Shown: piece by piece, positions 52,010-64,000 of the stretch
Position numbering within the stretch: position 1 is the first letter of the stretch
Layout of the letters: every line of letters starts with the position of its first letter
From: Macrostomum lignano
Taxonomy: Eukaryota
Assembly: GCA_002269645.1 (NCBI GenBank)
Contig: NIVC01003923.1
Span: forward strand, 1 to 64,000
Length of the DNA stretch: 64,000 nt
Reading direction: 5' to 3'
Notes under the pieces: generated by a model
The model's input: only the letters and a program-made list of their open reading frames with translations
Database searches by the model: none
What the model was told of the DNA's origin: nothing
Translations under genes and position numbers: made by a program

Positions 52010-54335
52010 CTCTTCTAGGGAGCCTTGGCAACATCTAGAGACCCTTGACAACATCTAGAGACCCTTGAAAACATCTATATTTCTAGATATTTCTAGGGTC
52101 TAGATGTTGCCAAGGGTCTCTAGATGTTGCCAAGGGTCTCTAGATGTTGCCAAGGGTCTCTAGATGCTGCCAAGGCTCTCTATATATTTCTAGGGTCTAG
52201 ATGTTGCCAAGGGTCTGTAGATGTTGTCAAGGTATCTAGACCCTAGAAATATCTAGAGACCCTGGCAACATCTAGAGACCCTTGCAACATCTAGACCCTA
52301 GAAATATCTAGAGACCCTGGCAACATCTAGAGACCCTTGCAACATCTAGAGACCCTTGCAACATCTAGAGACCCTTGCAACATCTAGAGACCCTTGCAAC
52401 ATCTAGAGACCCTTGCAACATCTAGAGACCCTTGCAACATCTAGAGACCCTTGCAACATCTAGACCCTTGAAATATCTAGAGACCCTAAAAATATCTAGA
52501 GACCTTGCAACATCTAGAGACCCTTGGCAACATCTAGACCCTAGAAATATCTAGAGACCCTTGCAAAATTTAGACCCTAGAAATATCTAGAGATCCTGGC
52601 AACATCTAGAGACCCTTGGCAACATCTAGACCCTTAAAATATCTAGAAATATCTAGAGACCCTTGAAAAATTTAGACCCTAGGGTCTCTAGATCTCTAGG
52701 TCTCTAGGGCCAAGGGTCTCTAGATGTTGCCAAGGGTCTCTAGATGCTGCCAAGGCTCTCTAGATATTTCTAGGGTCTAGATGTTGCCAAGGGTCTGTAG
52801 ATGTTGTCAAGGTATCTAGACCCTAGAAATATCTAGAGACCCTGGCAACATCTAGAGACCCTTGCAACATCTAGACCCTAGAAATATCTAGAGACCCTAG
52901 AAATATCTAGAGACCTTGCAACATCTAGAGACCCTTGGCAACATCTAGACCCTAGAAATATCTAGAGACCCTAGAAATATCTAGAGACCTTGCAACATCT
53001 AGAGACCCTTGGCAACATCTAGACCCTAGAAATATCTAGAGACCCTTGCAAAATTTAGACCCTAGGGTCTCTAGATCTCTAGGTCTCTAGGGCCAAGGGT
53101 CTCTAGATGTTGCCAAGGGTCTCTAGATGCTGCCAAGGCTCTCTAGATATTTCTAGGGTCTAGATGTTGCCAAGGGTCTCTAGATGTTGCAAGGTCTCTA
53201 GATATTTCTAGGGTCTCTAGATATTTCTAGGGTCTAGATGTTGCCAAGGGTCTGTAGATGTTGTCAAGGTATCTAGACCCTAGAAATATCTAGAGACCCT
53301 GGCAACATCTAGAGACCCTTGCAACATCTAGAGACCCTTGCAACATCTAGACCCTAGAAATATCCAGAGAACCAAGAAATATCTAGAGACCTTGCAACAT
53401 CTAGAGACCCTTGGCAACATCTAGACCCTAGAAATATCTAGAGACACTTGCAAAATTTAGACCCTAGAAATATCTAGAGATCCTGGCAACATCTAGAGAC
53501 CCTTGGCAACATCTAGACCCTTGAAATATCTAGAGAGCTTTGACAACATCTAGACCCTAGAAATATCTAGAGACCCTGGCAACATCTAGAGACCCTTGGC
53601 AACATCTAGACCCTAGAAATATCTAGAGACACTTGCAAAATTTAGACCCTAGAAATATCTAGAGATCCTGGCAACATCTAGAGACCCTTGGCAACATCTA
53701 GACCCTTGAAATATCTAGAGAGCTTTGACAACATCTAGACCCTAGAAATATCTAGAGACCCTGGCAACATCTAGAGACCCTTGGCAACATCTAGACCCTC
53801 GAAATATCTAGAGACCTTGGCAGCATCTAGAGACCCTTGGCAACATCTAGACCCTAGAAATATCTAGAGACCCTGGCAATATTTAAAGACCCTTGGCAAC
53901 ATCCAGACCCTAGAAATATCTAGAGACCCTGGTAATATTTAAAGACTCTTGGCAACATCTTGACCCTAGAAAAATCTAGAGACCCTGGCAATATTTAGAG
54001 ACCTTGGCAACATCTAGAGACCCTAAAAGCGTCTAGAGACCCTGGGCAATATCTAAAGACACTAGAAATATCTAGAGACCCTGGCAACATCTAGAGACCC
54101 TGGTAACATCTAAAGACCCTAGAGATATCTGGAGACCCTGACAACATCTAGAGAAATATCTAGAGACCCTGGCATTCTCTAGGGACACTGACAACATCTG
54201 GAGACCCTGAAAATGTCTAGAGCCCCTGACATCTAGAGACCCTGACATCTAGAGACCCTGACATCTAGAGACCCTGACATCTAGAGACCCTGACATCTAG
54301 AGACCCTGACATCTAGAGACCCGGCAACATCTAGG
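52010..54335. repeat. Complex TCTAGA-core satellite with internal inversions
   Basis: ~20-bp units CATCTAGAGACCCTTGGCAA and ATATCTAGAGACCCTAGAA in both orientations; higher-order block duplication; ends in 16-bp CCCTGACATCTAGAGA copies. Confidence 0.92.
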
Positions 54336-55369
54336 AGCGTACTTGATTCAATAATCCACTGCCTTACCATTAACCCGGATTTTGTCCGTTCTCTCCCCAC
54401 CCCAGTCCGAGCACAGTTCTTTCGAACTCCGCATTTTGCCTCTTCACTTGATGGCGAGAGGGCCGCGGTTAGCTCAAATACGAAGGCTGTTGAGTGTCGA
54501 GAGACAAAGAGAGGCACTCGACATCAAATTATCGAATCGGACAGGGGATGCTGAGTTTACTGGTAGCCGAAGGTAGTGAAGCGAAAGAGCACATCGATTG
54601 CCTGATGAGTTCCTAGTATACAGGACTGCGTAGCATGATGAAGCTGCTTCCCAGCCTCCCTGCAGTTGGGTCCCGCCCGACTACCAAAGCATGCGGGTGT
54701 TCTGTTGCAGCCTTGCAGCCGCTACGGTCTCTCCCCAACATGGACTTGCAGACTACAGAAGAAGCACTGGATATCTTCTGCAGCATGGTAGAAAAAAGAT
54801 GCTGTTTCTGGTACTTAATGCGATGTAGCATTTGTCAGCACTCAGTGTGACAAGCTTGTGAGTTAATCTCGCATCATATGCGCTGAGCAGTCCATGGAAT
54901 TCTGTCCTGCATCCAGAGATTCTGGACCAGTTGCGAGACGTGCTACAAGCGTCGTCAAAGCGTCATTATTTTAATTATCGTGACTCCAAGCCACTCAAGG
55001 ATTCATGGGAGTAGTAGCGAGGGCGAGCTCTCAAAAGTTAATTCTCATTATAAGAAGCTACAGTGCGCAGGGCGGGGGGTCAAGGAGGCTCGGGCGGGGA
55101 TGACTTCGTGTTCCTGGACTCCTCTGTGCTTGGGGCCTCCTGTAGCAAAAGCAGGCAGTTGCGAGATGGAGCTAAGAGGAAGCTGACGGGACTGCTCAAG
55201 GAAATTGCGAGTAGGGGGGGGGAGAGTCTGCATGTCCGCGGGAAGAGAGGAGGAGCCAAGAACTGAGCTGGGATTGAGGCTCCCGGGAAATGGGATAATC
55301 TGCCCAACGTAAACTGCAGCTTAATTAGCGGGGGCGAAGTCGAGCTCGCCTCGGCGGCTGTTAATTCGG

Positions 55370-55500
55370 TTTCTGGGCCCCCAGCCAGCCGTACGATGGG
55401 GCGGCTGGTGCACGACTGCGAGGCTGGGGCCGCAGCTGGTCCGATTCAATTCTGTCGGGTGGCCAGGCTGAAGTAAGTGGGCCGTGCGGCTCGGCAACTA
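55370..55500 (+). mobile_element. Possible 3' end of a non-LTR retrotransposon (LINE) preceding the (TCTG)n tail
   Basis: Frame reads ..LVHDCEAGAAAGPIQFCRVARLK* (stop 55474-55476), then a short UTR and the microsatellite; resembles LINE ORF2 C-termini from memory only. Confidence 0.35.
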
Positions 55501-56017
<517 letters not shown>

Positions 56018-57219
56018 TTCTAGTGGCACCTTATCAGACTAATAGTAAAGCGCACCTGTTGCAATAGTCTCCAATTGTCCAGCAAGCAATGAATTCCCAC
56101 TCGAAAAGTGTTAGACTCGCAGGGAGGAACAGAAAAGCGTAAAACAAACAGCTGTTTCTGGTGTTGGCCCGCCAAAGCAACAGCAGTTTGTGTCCTTGCC
56201 GCATTTTTACCAGTTTTCTTCTACACAGATTATTTGCCCCTGTTTCCTGCCCCTCCCACAAAAATAACTATTAGCCGACAAGGACGCCGCCTCGGGGCTG
56301 CAGGAGGCCAAATTGGCAGGCCGGGGACTGATGGAAGACACGAGACACTTGAAGGACTTGCAGGACCCGACAAAGCGGCACTGCGGCCGCGCGGCGGCTG
56401 CAATCGCTCTGCGGCCTCCGCACTTGGCTGTGGGGAGAGGGTGGGGGTCTCCACCCAGTGCAGCCGAAGGTGCTAAAGATGCGGCAACTATGTGAGGGAG
56501 CGCGCCTCCGGGAACCGCTGCCCGGTGGTTCAGACCCGAAGGAATGCTAAAATTTTACCGCTGATTTCTTCCTTTCTCCCCCTGCCTCCCTCAAAACGCG
56601 CCGCTCCCGTTTCCGCCATTCATCCAAGCAGCCTCAGTTTTTTTGGAAACTTTTAGACTGATGGACCGCTTTAGACTGAAGGGGATCTGCTCCCCTTTCT
56701 GCTGATTCCCGACAGGCCCCGAGGGGCTGGAGAGAACTGACCCCCCCCCTTGGTCCTAGGGGCCTGCCAGCAGAGTGCAGGCCGGCTAAAAGGTCACAGC
56801 GGGTGGCTAGTGGCCGGGTTCCCCCCTACCCTTACGCGCATTTGTAGGAAACTTTCGATGAAGAAATATCTCGTCGCCGCGTCGCCCCTTGACCGTCAAG
56901 AAAGTGGCGGCTTGCGCTGCAGACTGACGGAAAAGAGGCTGGGCCGAAGCGTCACGGAAGTCAGCCAGCGTCGCCTCTGACCGCCTGCGTCAACACTGGC
57001 CTGCGGGCGCGTCTGGTGCTTCTCCGCGCGCCATTATCGCAATTTCGGCCAGCTATAAACAATTCAAGCTTTGACGCAGCCGCTCTCAGACCCCACCTGC
57101 GGCCCACGGGCCTTGACTGGCAAGTGTCGGACGGGCTTCAGACTGAGTGGCAGTTTCCCTCCCCCTTGCTTCTGTCCGTCCATCCATCCACCAATGCGTC
57201 TGAGCTGCGTTGCAGCGTC

Positions 57220-57725
57220 GCTGTGGTGTCACTGTGGTGTCACTGACTTTCACTGTGGTGTCACTGTAGTGTCACTGTGGTGTCACTGTGGTGTCACTGT
57301 GGTGTCACTGTGGTGTCACTGTGGTGTCACTGTGGTGTCACTGTGGTGTCACTGTGGTGTCACTGACTTTCACTGTGGTGTCACTGTAGTGTCACTGTGG
57401 TGTCACTGTGGTGTCACTGTGGTGTCACTGTGGTGTCACTGTGGTGGCTCGGTAGCGTCACTGTGGTGTCACTGTGGTGTCACTGTGGTGTCACTGTGGT
57501 GTCACTGTGGTGGCTCGGTAGCGTCACTGTGGTGTCACTGTAGTGTTACTGTAATGTCACTGTGGTGTCACTGTAATGTCACTGTAATGTCACTGTGGTG
57601 TCACTGTAATGTCACTGTAATGTCACTGTGGTGTCACTGTAGTGTTACTGTAATGTCACTGTGGTGTCACTGTAATGTCACTGTAATGTCACTGTGGTGT
57701 CACTGTAGTGCCACTGTAGTGTCAC
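57220..57725. repeat. 11-bp minisatellite
   Basis: Unit GTGGTGTCACT / GTAATGTCACT. Confidence 0.95.
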
Positions 57726-57743
57726 TTCAGTACCATTTAAGTT

Positions 57744-58215
57744 CCACTGACTCCTCTGTGACCCCACTGACTCCTCTGTGACCCCACTGACTCCTCTGTG
57801 ACCCCACTGACTCCTCTGTGACCCCACTGACTCCTCTGTGACCCCACTGACTCCTCTGTGACCCCACTGACTCCTCTGTGACCCCACTGACTCCTCTGTG
57901 ACCCCACTGACTCCTCTGTGACCCCACTGACTCCTCTGTGACCCCACTGACTCCTCTGTGACCCCACTGACTCCTCTGTGACCCCACTGACTCCTCTGTG
58001 ACCCCACTGACTCCTCTGTGACCCCACTGACTCCTCTGTGACCCCACTGACTCCTCTGTGACCCCACTGACTCCTCTGTGACCCCACTGACTCCTCTGTG
58101 ACCCCACTGACTCCTCTGTGACCCCACTGACTCCTCTGTGACCCCACTGACTCCTCTGTGACCCCACTGACTCCTCTGTGACCCCACTGACTATTCTGTG
58201 ACCCAACTGACTCCC
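57744..58215. repeat. 20-bp perfect minisatellite
   Basis: Unit CCACTGACTCCTCTGTGACC, ~23 copies. Confidence 0.97.
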
Positions 58216-59063
58216 CCAGGAATCTTCACACGAAGTTTCCACAGCATTTCGATTCATTTCCGTATAAGACTGTCAAAATTCGCAGTGCAACTCGCGGCTT
58301 GGCGTCAGGCGGTTTTGCCTGTCACGATCGGGCCCAGACTTGCCGTTTCGTCTCGTGAAAATCGAGAATGGCTCACCGGAGACTTGCGCCAAATCGTGGA
58401 AAGAAAATAAATTAAAGTTGGCACTTATTCTGGTTCGCAAGTTCCGGCTGCCAGATCTCTGGAGCAGATATTATATTAACTGCTGAGCACTGAGCATTCC
58501 GAGGCCAGCATTAATATTGCCCCGTCCTCGTATTATTTCGCCATTTCTCACGGTAGGAAATGACCGTTTTGTTGCCGCCCAGTCAGCCGTTTCGCTGAGT
58601 GGCCTACCCGCTATTTTCCTCTCGTATGGAAGATATGGAAGCTCAATTCCCTCCCCTGCTCCCGTCCTTCCTGAGCTCCCCATTGAGAAATCTTCGCCCT
58701 CTCCTACGCAGCAATCTTGCTTCGATCTAAATCTTGTCGTGACCTGTCAATAGCATCGCCGCCTTTGCGACGGATGGCCTTCTCTAATCCTGTCAACTGG
58801 TGTGGAGCAGACCTGATTGACAGCTTCAAATGGGAATTCTCTTATTTTTTAGCAAAATTAATAACTGGCCTGCGGTGAACGGACGGTAGCAAAGCAATGC
58901 AGAGATGGGATAGTGCGCCCAGTCAATCAAAGGCAGAGAAAGGCCGCCCGCACGTTCGCGTTAATGTCTGGTCCAGGGCATCCAATTACTCCGAGGCATT
59001 TAACTTCATCATTAACACCTTCAATACAATGCGTCTGCCGACCTGAAGCTCGTAAATTATTAG

Positions 59064-59316
59064 TTGCAACCGACAGTTCAGCCGCAGCTATTGCGCGGCG
59101 CATCTGAAGGTTTCGTACGGCTGTTCAGTCCAAGGACTGGGGGGTCGCCACACACACCCTCAATTTCCCCAGCTAATGCTGGCACAAATGTACAGCTGGG
59201 TGAACTGAAGCAATGCAGAGTTAAGCGTCTTGCTCAAGGACACAAATCGTTCCAGTGGGATCGGGAATCGAACCCCCGACCTTTCAGGTCATGAGTCGGA
59301 CGCAATCAACCACGAT
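59064..59316 (-). mobile_element. tRNA-derived SINE, family A, copy 2
   Basis: Colinear with 13204-13448 (GCAACCGACAG.TCAGCCGCAGCTATTGCGCGGCGCATCTGAA..GGGATCGGGAATCGAACCCCC). Confidence 0.8.
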
Positions 59317-60642
59317 CCGTACAATGAAGTTAAGCATAACTGGTTACAGTTAGTATGCATCCCGCATTGCAGCCACGTTTAACAATAGAGAAAGTCAAGC
59401 TGATCTCTAGTGAGCACAGTTAATGATGATGTGAGCACAGATATAAGCTGGCCACTTAGCAGGGATTCAGACTATTACATCTTCTATTTATACGATGAAG
59501 TATCTTATTTAAATCCATTTGACTATGGAAGAAGCATTTACTTAATCGAGTGTGGTCGCCTCCAGTCCCTAGGTTAGATTGTCCTTAGTGCTCCTTATTT
59601 CAAAAAACTCTATCATTCTATATACCTTCCTGTCCCCTCTTTTCTACCTCCGTTCCCGACGTCTATCTTTTAAAGGGGATGTTTATCCCCCCTTAGAACG
59701 CTGTCTAGCCAGTCCCTCTGTTTGGTCTCTGCATATCTTGAGCAATCCCAACTTTGGCTGCGCAACCGGAAGCTGCTTATTTTTAAAGCTTATCATAAAT
59801 TTTGGCACATTGTCAGACACAGGATGGCGTTGCAGTCACGCCATCAGCCTCGGTCACGCAATTTATTGTGCTGAGAGCTGCGAAACGGCTAAACGAATCA
59901 AGGGTGGCATTGCGTCTCGCTGAATTTCAATAGACAGACGCGTGCCCAAGCTCCATGCTGTATAAGGCATGTCTGGCAGTCTAATCCGTGTATAACAATG
60001 CTAACTTGGCTGGGAGCAGGCGGTGCAAAAGATTGGCACAAAAATCGCAGCTTTTTCATCAGACTCTCGGGAATTCGCTGCCAGCGAGCCAGGCAGTCGA
60101 AATCGTGAAAATGCCAGCCTCTCTCTCTGGCCTCCACAGAGAAAATCGCTGTTAAATTATTAATCGATGGCTGCTTAAATTGGCACTGGTTTCATGACGC
60201 TGCTGTCTGCATCGCATTCGAGCTGACTTTGCTTGCTCGCATGCGTCTGGCGACAGGTGCTGGCGTCAATAATTCAGCAATTCTCCCAGACAGTTCAGGC
60301 AATCCGAAGATCTCCCAGGCAGCAGGCGTCCGGGATTCGATTTTTCGTGCCCACTTGCTGCGCTCATGTTTTATTAATTAAGCGCTAGAGAAAAAACACT
60401 CAAAGACAGATATGAAGTTGAGAAAGAAAATGCTGCTTTGCATGCTGTCTCGAGTGTGGGGAAGAACTCGCGCTGTCTCCTTCGGTTTTCAGCTTCCCAA
60501 CGGGAACAAGACTTAAAGCATTACTCGCTGCTCTTCCCTATTTGAAGGATTCTCACGACTAAAGTTTTTTGTCTAATGGAAAAAAATGTCGGTCTCATTT
60601 TTGGTGCAACCTAGTATATTGCCTATCAAAATCCGTCTACAG

Positions 60643-61988
60643 TCCGCACAGAGGCCATCGAGCTCGCAAGTTGCAGCGAGACCGAGTTCAACTTCGAGTT
60701 GGACACGTGCATCAACCGCCTGGGCCCGAGCACACGGAGTCACGTGTTTAACTACTCATTCGAGTCCAAGACCTCCGGTCTGGTGTCCGTGCTGCAGCTC
60801 AGCCTGCAGATGCCTGCACAGTTGGTTACCATCTGCTCGTGAGTGGTACAGGTGTTCTAGGGGTACAGGAGGGTTGTTAGTAAGATTGGTTTGAATATTT
60901 ATAGGACTGTCACGCACTAAAATCCACTTGCAGCAACCTGCGAGTCTACAAAGACTGTCAGGACGCGGCGGTGCGCAGGTTCCAGTCCAGCTGGTCTCGC
61001 TGCAGCTGGTGGCGGGCCAAGCAGGAGGAGTACTTTTACCGCTTTGACGGCTTTTTCAATGGCGTATGCGAGACAAGTGCGTACTGGAATAATATTCTGT
61101 TGTACTTGTATTCTCAGCGTTCTGAGCTGAATGCGGTTCCACGTTGCTCAAACATCTCAAATCGCTTTGATCGACAAATACGCTTTATGATTTCTCTTCC
61201 TTCAATGAGCAATGCTTTAGCCCTGTTGTTCACCTATAGAGGGTTGTCGTGTCAGCCTTGGCCTCAGCAGCTCCCCCGACAAGCAGCTCTCCTCAGTTCG
61301 CACTTTCTACTTCTCCAGACTACAGCAGCTACGCCCACTGCATCAGCAAGCAGCTGGACAGCTACCTGGCCCGGCGCTGCAACCTGATGTTCTCAGTGCG
61401 CAACCGGCTCATGGTCTCTGACGAGTGCGGGCTCAGCAACGAGTACCTCGGCTGTCTAAATGCTCTGGTTGCCACCGGCTGCGTCGGGCGCGTCGCCGAG
61501 TTGCGATTTCAAGACGTGGCTCCGTACCTGCTTGGCTCGGCGGCCTGCCGGGATCGATACGACTTTGCCAGGCCTGCGTTCGGTGAGTAAACTACGAAGA
61601 CCAAAGGCGTGCAGTAGTTTCTAGGGAATAAAAAACTTTAAAAGAGCTTTATAAAAAAACCAAGAAACGCAGACACAAGATCGCGATTTGTCTAGATCTA
61701 AATATGTTCGGGTCACGGATGTTAGTCCTAGCCTGCTTTGGCTATCAGTGCCCCAGTGCACCCGTCTCTGCCCCAGTGTGCCCTATAACTGTACCTGTCA
61801 AAAGCACTTTACAATCTGTTTAGCGAAATCCTCTCCTCCCTCCGCCTGGCCGTGATTTTCCAGCCTTCGCCTACGACAATCCGACGTGCGTGCCGCGCTT
61901 TCAAGAGATGCTGCAGAAAATTCGTGACGACTTTCTTAACGCCGTCGGAGATCCGTTCGTGCGGGTCCCTACCCCTACCCGGTTCTGA
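60643..61988 (+). CDS. Uncharacterised cysteine-rich, probably helical and extracellular protein (5' exon not found)
   Basis: join(60643..60838,60934..61076,61319..61582,61864..61988): GT-AG introns, consistent phases, GC-rich codon usage; spaced Cys motifs SCSE..TCINRL, ICSNLRVYKDC, YAHCISK, DECGL..YLGCL. The terminal exon is less certain. Confidence 0.6.
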
Positions 61989-62394
61989 TGAGCGGCTCCA
62001 GCCAAATTCTGCGGAACAAAATTTGTCCGTAAGGATTATTTTCCTCTGTGCTCTGCGTTGACGCGTCCGCGATGGCGGGACACTCGGGGAGTTGGAGCTT
62101 CTCACATCGACGCCCCATTTTGCTTCCTCATTCCGGCATCCAGTCTCCTACTTCGTATTTGTAAATTATTAATCAGCCTCATTCACTCACTGGATTCCAG
62201 TTTCTGTCGCAGCTACTCCCGCAGTGTTAGACGCGCATTTCGCAGGGATCCAGAGCTCAGGGCTAGAAAAAAATTAAGCTGTTCAATGCAGCAGACAGAC
62301 GGTTCTTAGCACCTCAGCGTTCTTACTCTTTGTCCCTATAGTCATAAAAATTTCAATTATGGAAATAAAAGCTGCATCTTCGAGCTATCTGATA

Positions 62395-62812
62395 CATCTA
62401 CATCCGCACCTGCATCCGCATTCACATTCACACCCGCATCCGCATCCGCATCCGCATCCGCATCCACATCCGCATCCACATCCGCATCCACATCCGCATC
62501 CACATCCACATTCACATCCGCATCTGCATCCGCATCCACATCCGCATCCACATCCACATTCACATCCACATTCACATCCACATTCACATCCGCATCTGCA
62601 TCCGCATCCACATCCGCATCTGCATCCGCATCCACATCCGCATCCACATCCACATTCACATCCACATTCACATCCACATTCACATCCGCATCTGCATCCG
62701 CATCCACATCCGCATCCACATCCACACCCACATCCACATCCACATCCACATCCACATCCGCATCCACATCCACATCCACATCCACATCCACATCCGCATC
62801 CGCAATCGCATC
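62395..62812. repeat. Hexamer repeat (CATCCG/CATCCA/CATTCA)n
   Basis: Direct reading; source of the spurious HP and DV ORFs. Confidence 0.95.
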
Positions 62813-63309
62813 CTCAAACATCTTGGAGAATGGAGGCATGCAGTCTCCGCAAAAAATTCCTCTGGAAGATTCGCGATCCTATTTTCATTTTTTCATTCGC
62901 ACCATTGACTCTGACGAACCTCTCCAACAGTGCACTGCAGAGATACGAGAGCCGGTCAACCGAAGTGAAGAGCCGATGCCAGCACGGCTACAATTTGATT
63001 CGGGCCACGTTTGACTGGAGACTTCTCACCAATCAGCTGGAGTTCATCTGTGACAATATCGACAGTGAGTCAGTCAACTTGTTTGGTTTCCACTCAACAC
63101 TTAATGCGTAATTTCAAGTATCTATGTATCGCTGGTACGCTCCTATATGAAAGTTCATTTGAGAGACCAGTTTTTCTTAAAAGTACGTTAGCCAAATGAG
63201 AATTTTTTGTTCTTTGTCACTTAGTCGACGAGTTTCCACCTTCTAGACTTCCGATACGAGCTGTACATGCATTGGGGCAGAGCAGCTCAGAGGTAAACAC
63301 GTCTGATTC

Positions 63310-63535
63310 TCGTTTCACGACCCCTGGTTCGATTCCGTTCGCAGCTCGTAGTAACATTAATTCTCGGCTTCTGCGCGAAACATTGCCGTAGTTGTCGTGC
63401 GATTCACACTCACGAGGGCCAACCTGCAATGCACAGAGAATTTACATGCCTGAAGATTAGCACGAGTCGTGACTGCGTGCCTGCGTACGGTATCCGCGCG
63501 CTTGTGTGTACTCAGGAGCGAGCGGAACGGAGTTA
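63310..63535 (+). mobile_element. Putative SINE family B, copy 3
   Basis: CCCCTGGTTCGATTCC followed by body GCACAGAGAATTTACATGCC..GCTTGTGTG..CTCAGGAG. Confidence 0.45.
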
Positions 63536-63851
63536 GAATTGTCTCACCGCTATTCGTTGCGCCCACATTCACAGAAAGAAGAACAAAATACGAGTTGCTG
63601 TTGTCTCTTTCTGCTAACTGACCAATATGGCCACATATTTTGAAAAACAATATCAAAGCAAAAACTGGACTCTTATATTGTTCCGTCTTCTAACTGGCTC
63701 GTACTAGAGGTTCTCGTCCTTAACTACTAGCTAGAAAATTATAAATGCACATGCAGATGCGCATTTCGTAATAGAAGAGAAAGTTATCCAGTGCAGGCGA
63801 CACGTTGAGGACGGAAGAACTAAATGCTTATGAAAAAACAGCTCAGACAAG

Positions 63852-63886
<35 letters not shown>

Positions 63887-64000
63887 CCTGAGTGAGCGGT
63901 GAGGCCCTGAGACCGAGCGCACCCGACAAGTCCCAGAGTCGGTGGCGGCGCTCAAGGACTCCGCGAAGAATAAATAGAAAACCAGTCCAGGGAGCGGACG

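Overview
Eukaryotic, intron-containing genomic DNA: GC-rich exons, and introns and intergenic DNA filled with private minisatellites. The style and the GPCR motifs suggest a free-living flatworm such as Macrostomum (inference only). Six genes can be assembled by hand. (1) An intronless TTLL10-like tubulin glycylase (-) with three apparent single-base deletions. (2) Head-to-head with it, a 19-exon, ~1717-aa kinase-less ROCO protein (+, 2514-27665): putative CARD-like N-terminus, LRRs with an inserted EF-hand, Roc GTPase, COR, two TIR-like domains, a Cys/His C-terminal domain and a CaaX end (CQLL). (3) An intronless peptide-receptor-like class A GPCR nested antisense in ROCO intron 14. (4) A >=1500-aa secreted/surface protein (-) with three C-type-lectin-like domains, sushi/CCP-like repeats and a mucin-like stalk. 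(5) A pseudouridine-5'-phosphatase (PUDP/HDHD1, +) whose intron 2 holds a young non-autonomous LTR element with nested DNA transposons. (6) A partial Cys-rich orphan gene (+) near the right end. Also present: a solo LTR, a hAT-like MITE, two tRNA-derived SINE families, a LINE 3' end and about 25 tandem-repeat arrays. Most long ORFs in the supplied track are repeat artefacts. Best candidate for a novel system: the ROCO-TIR protein, whose introns carry repeat arrays that multiply splice-donor and acceptor-like sites.
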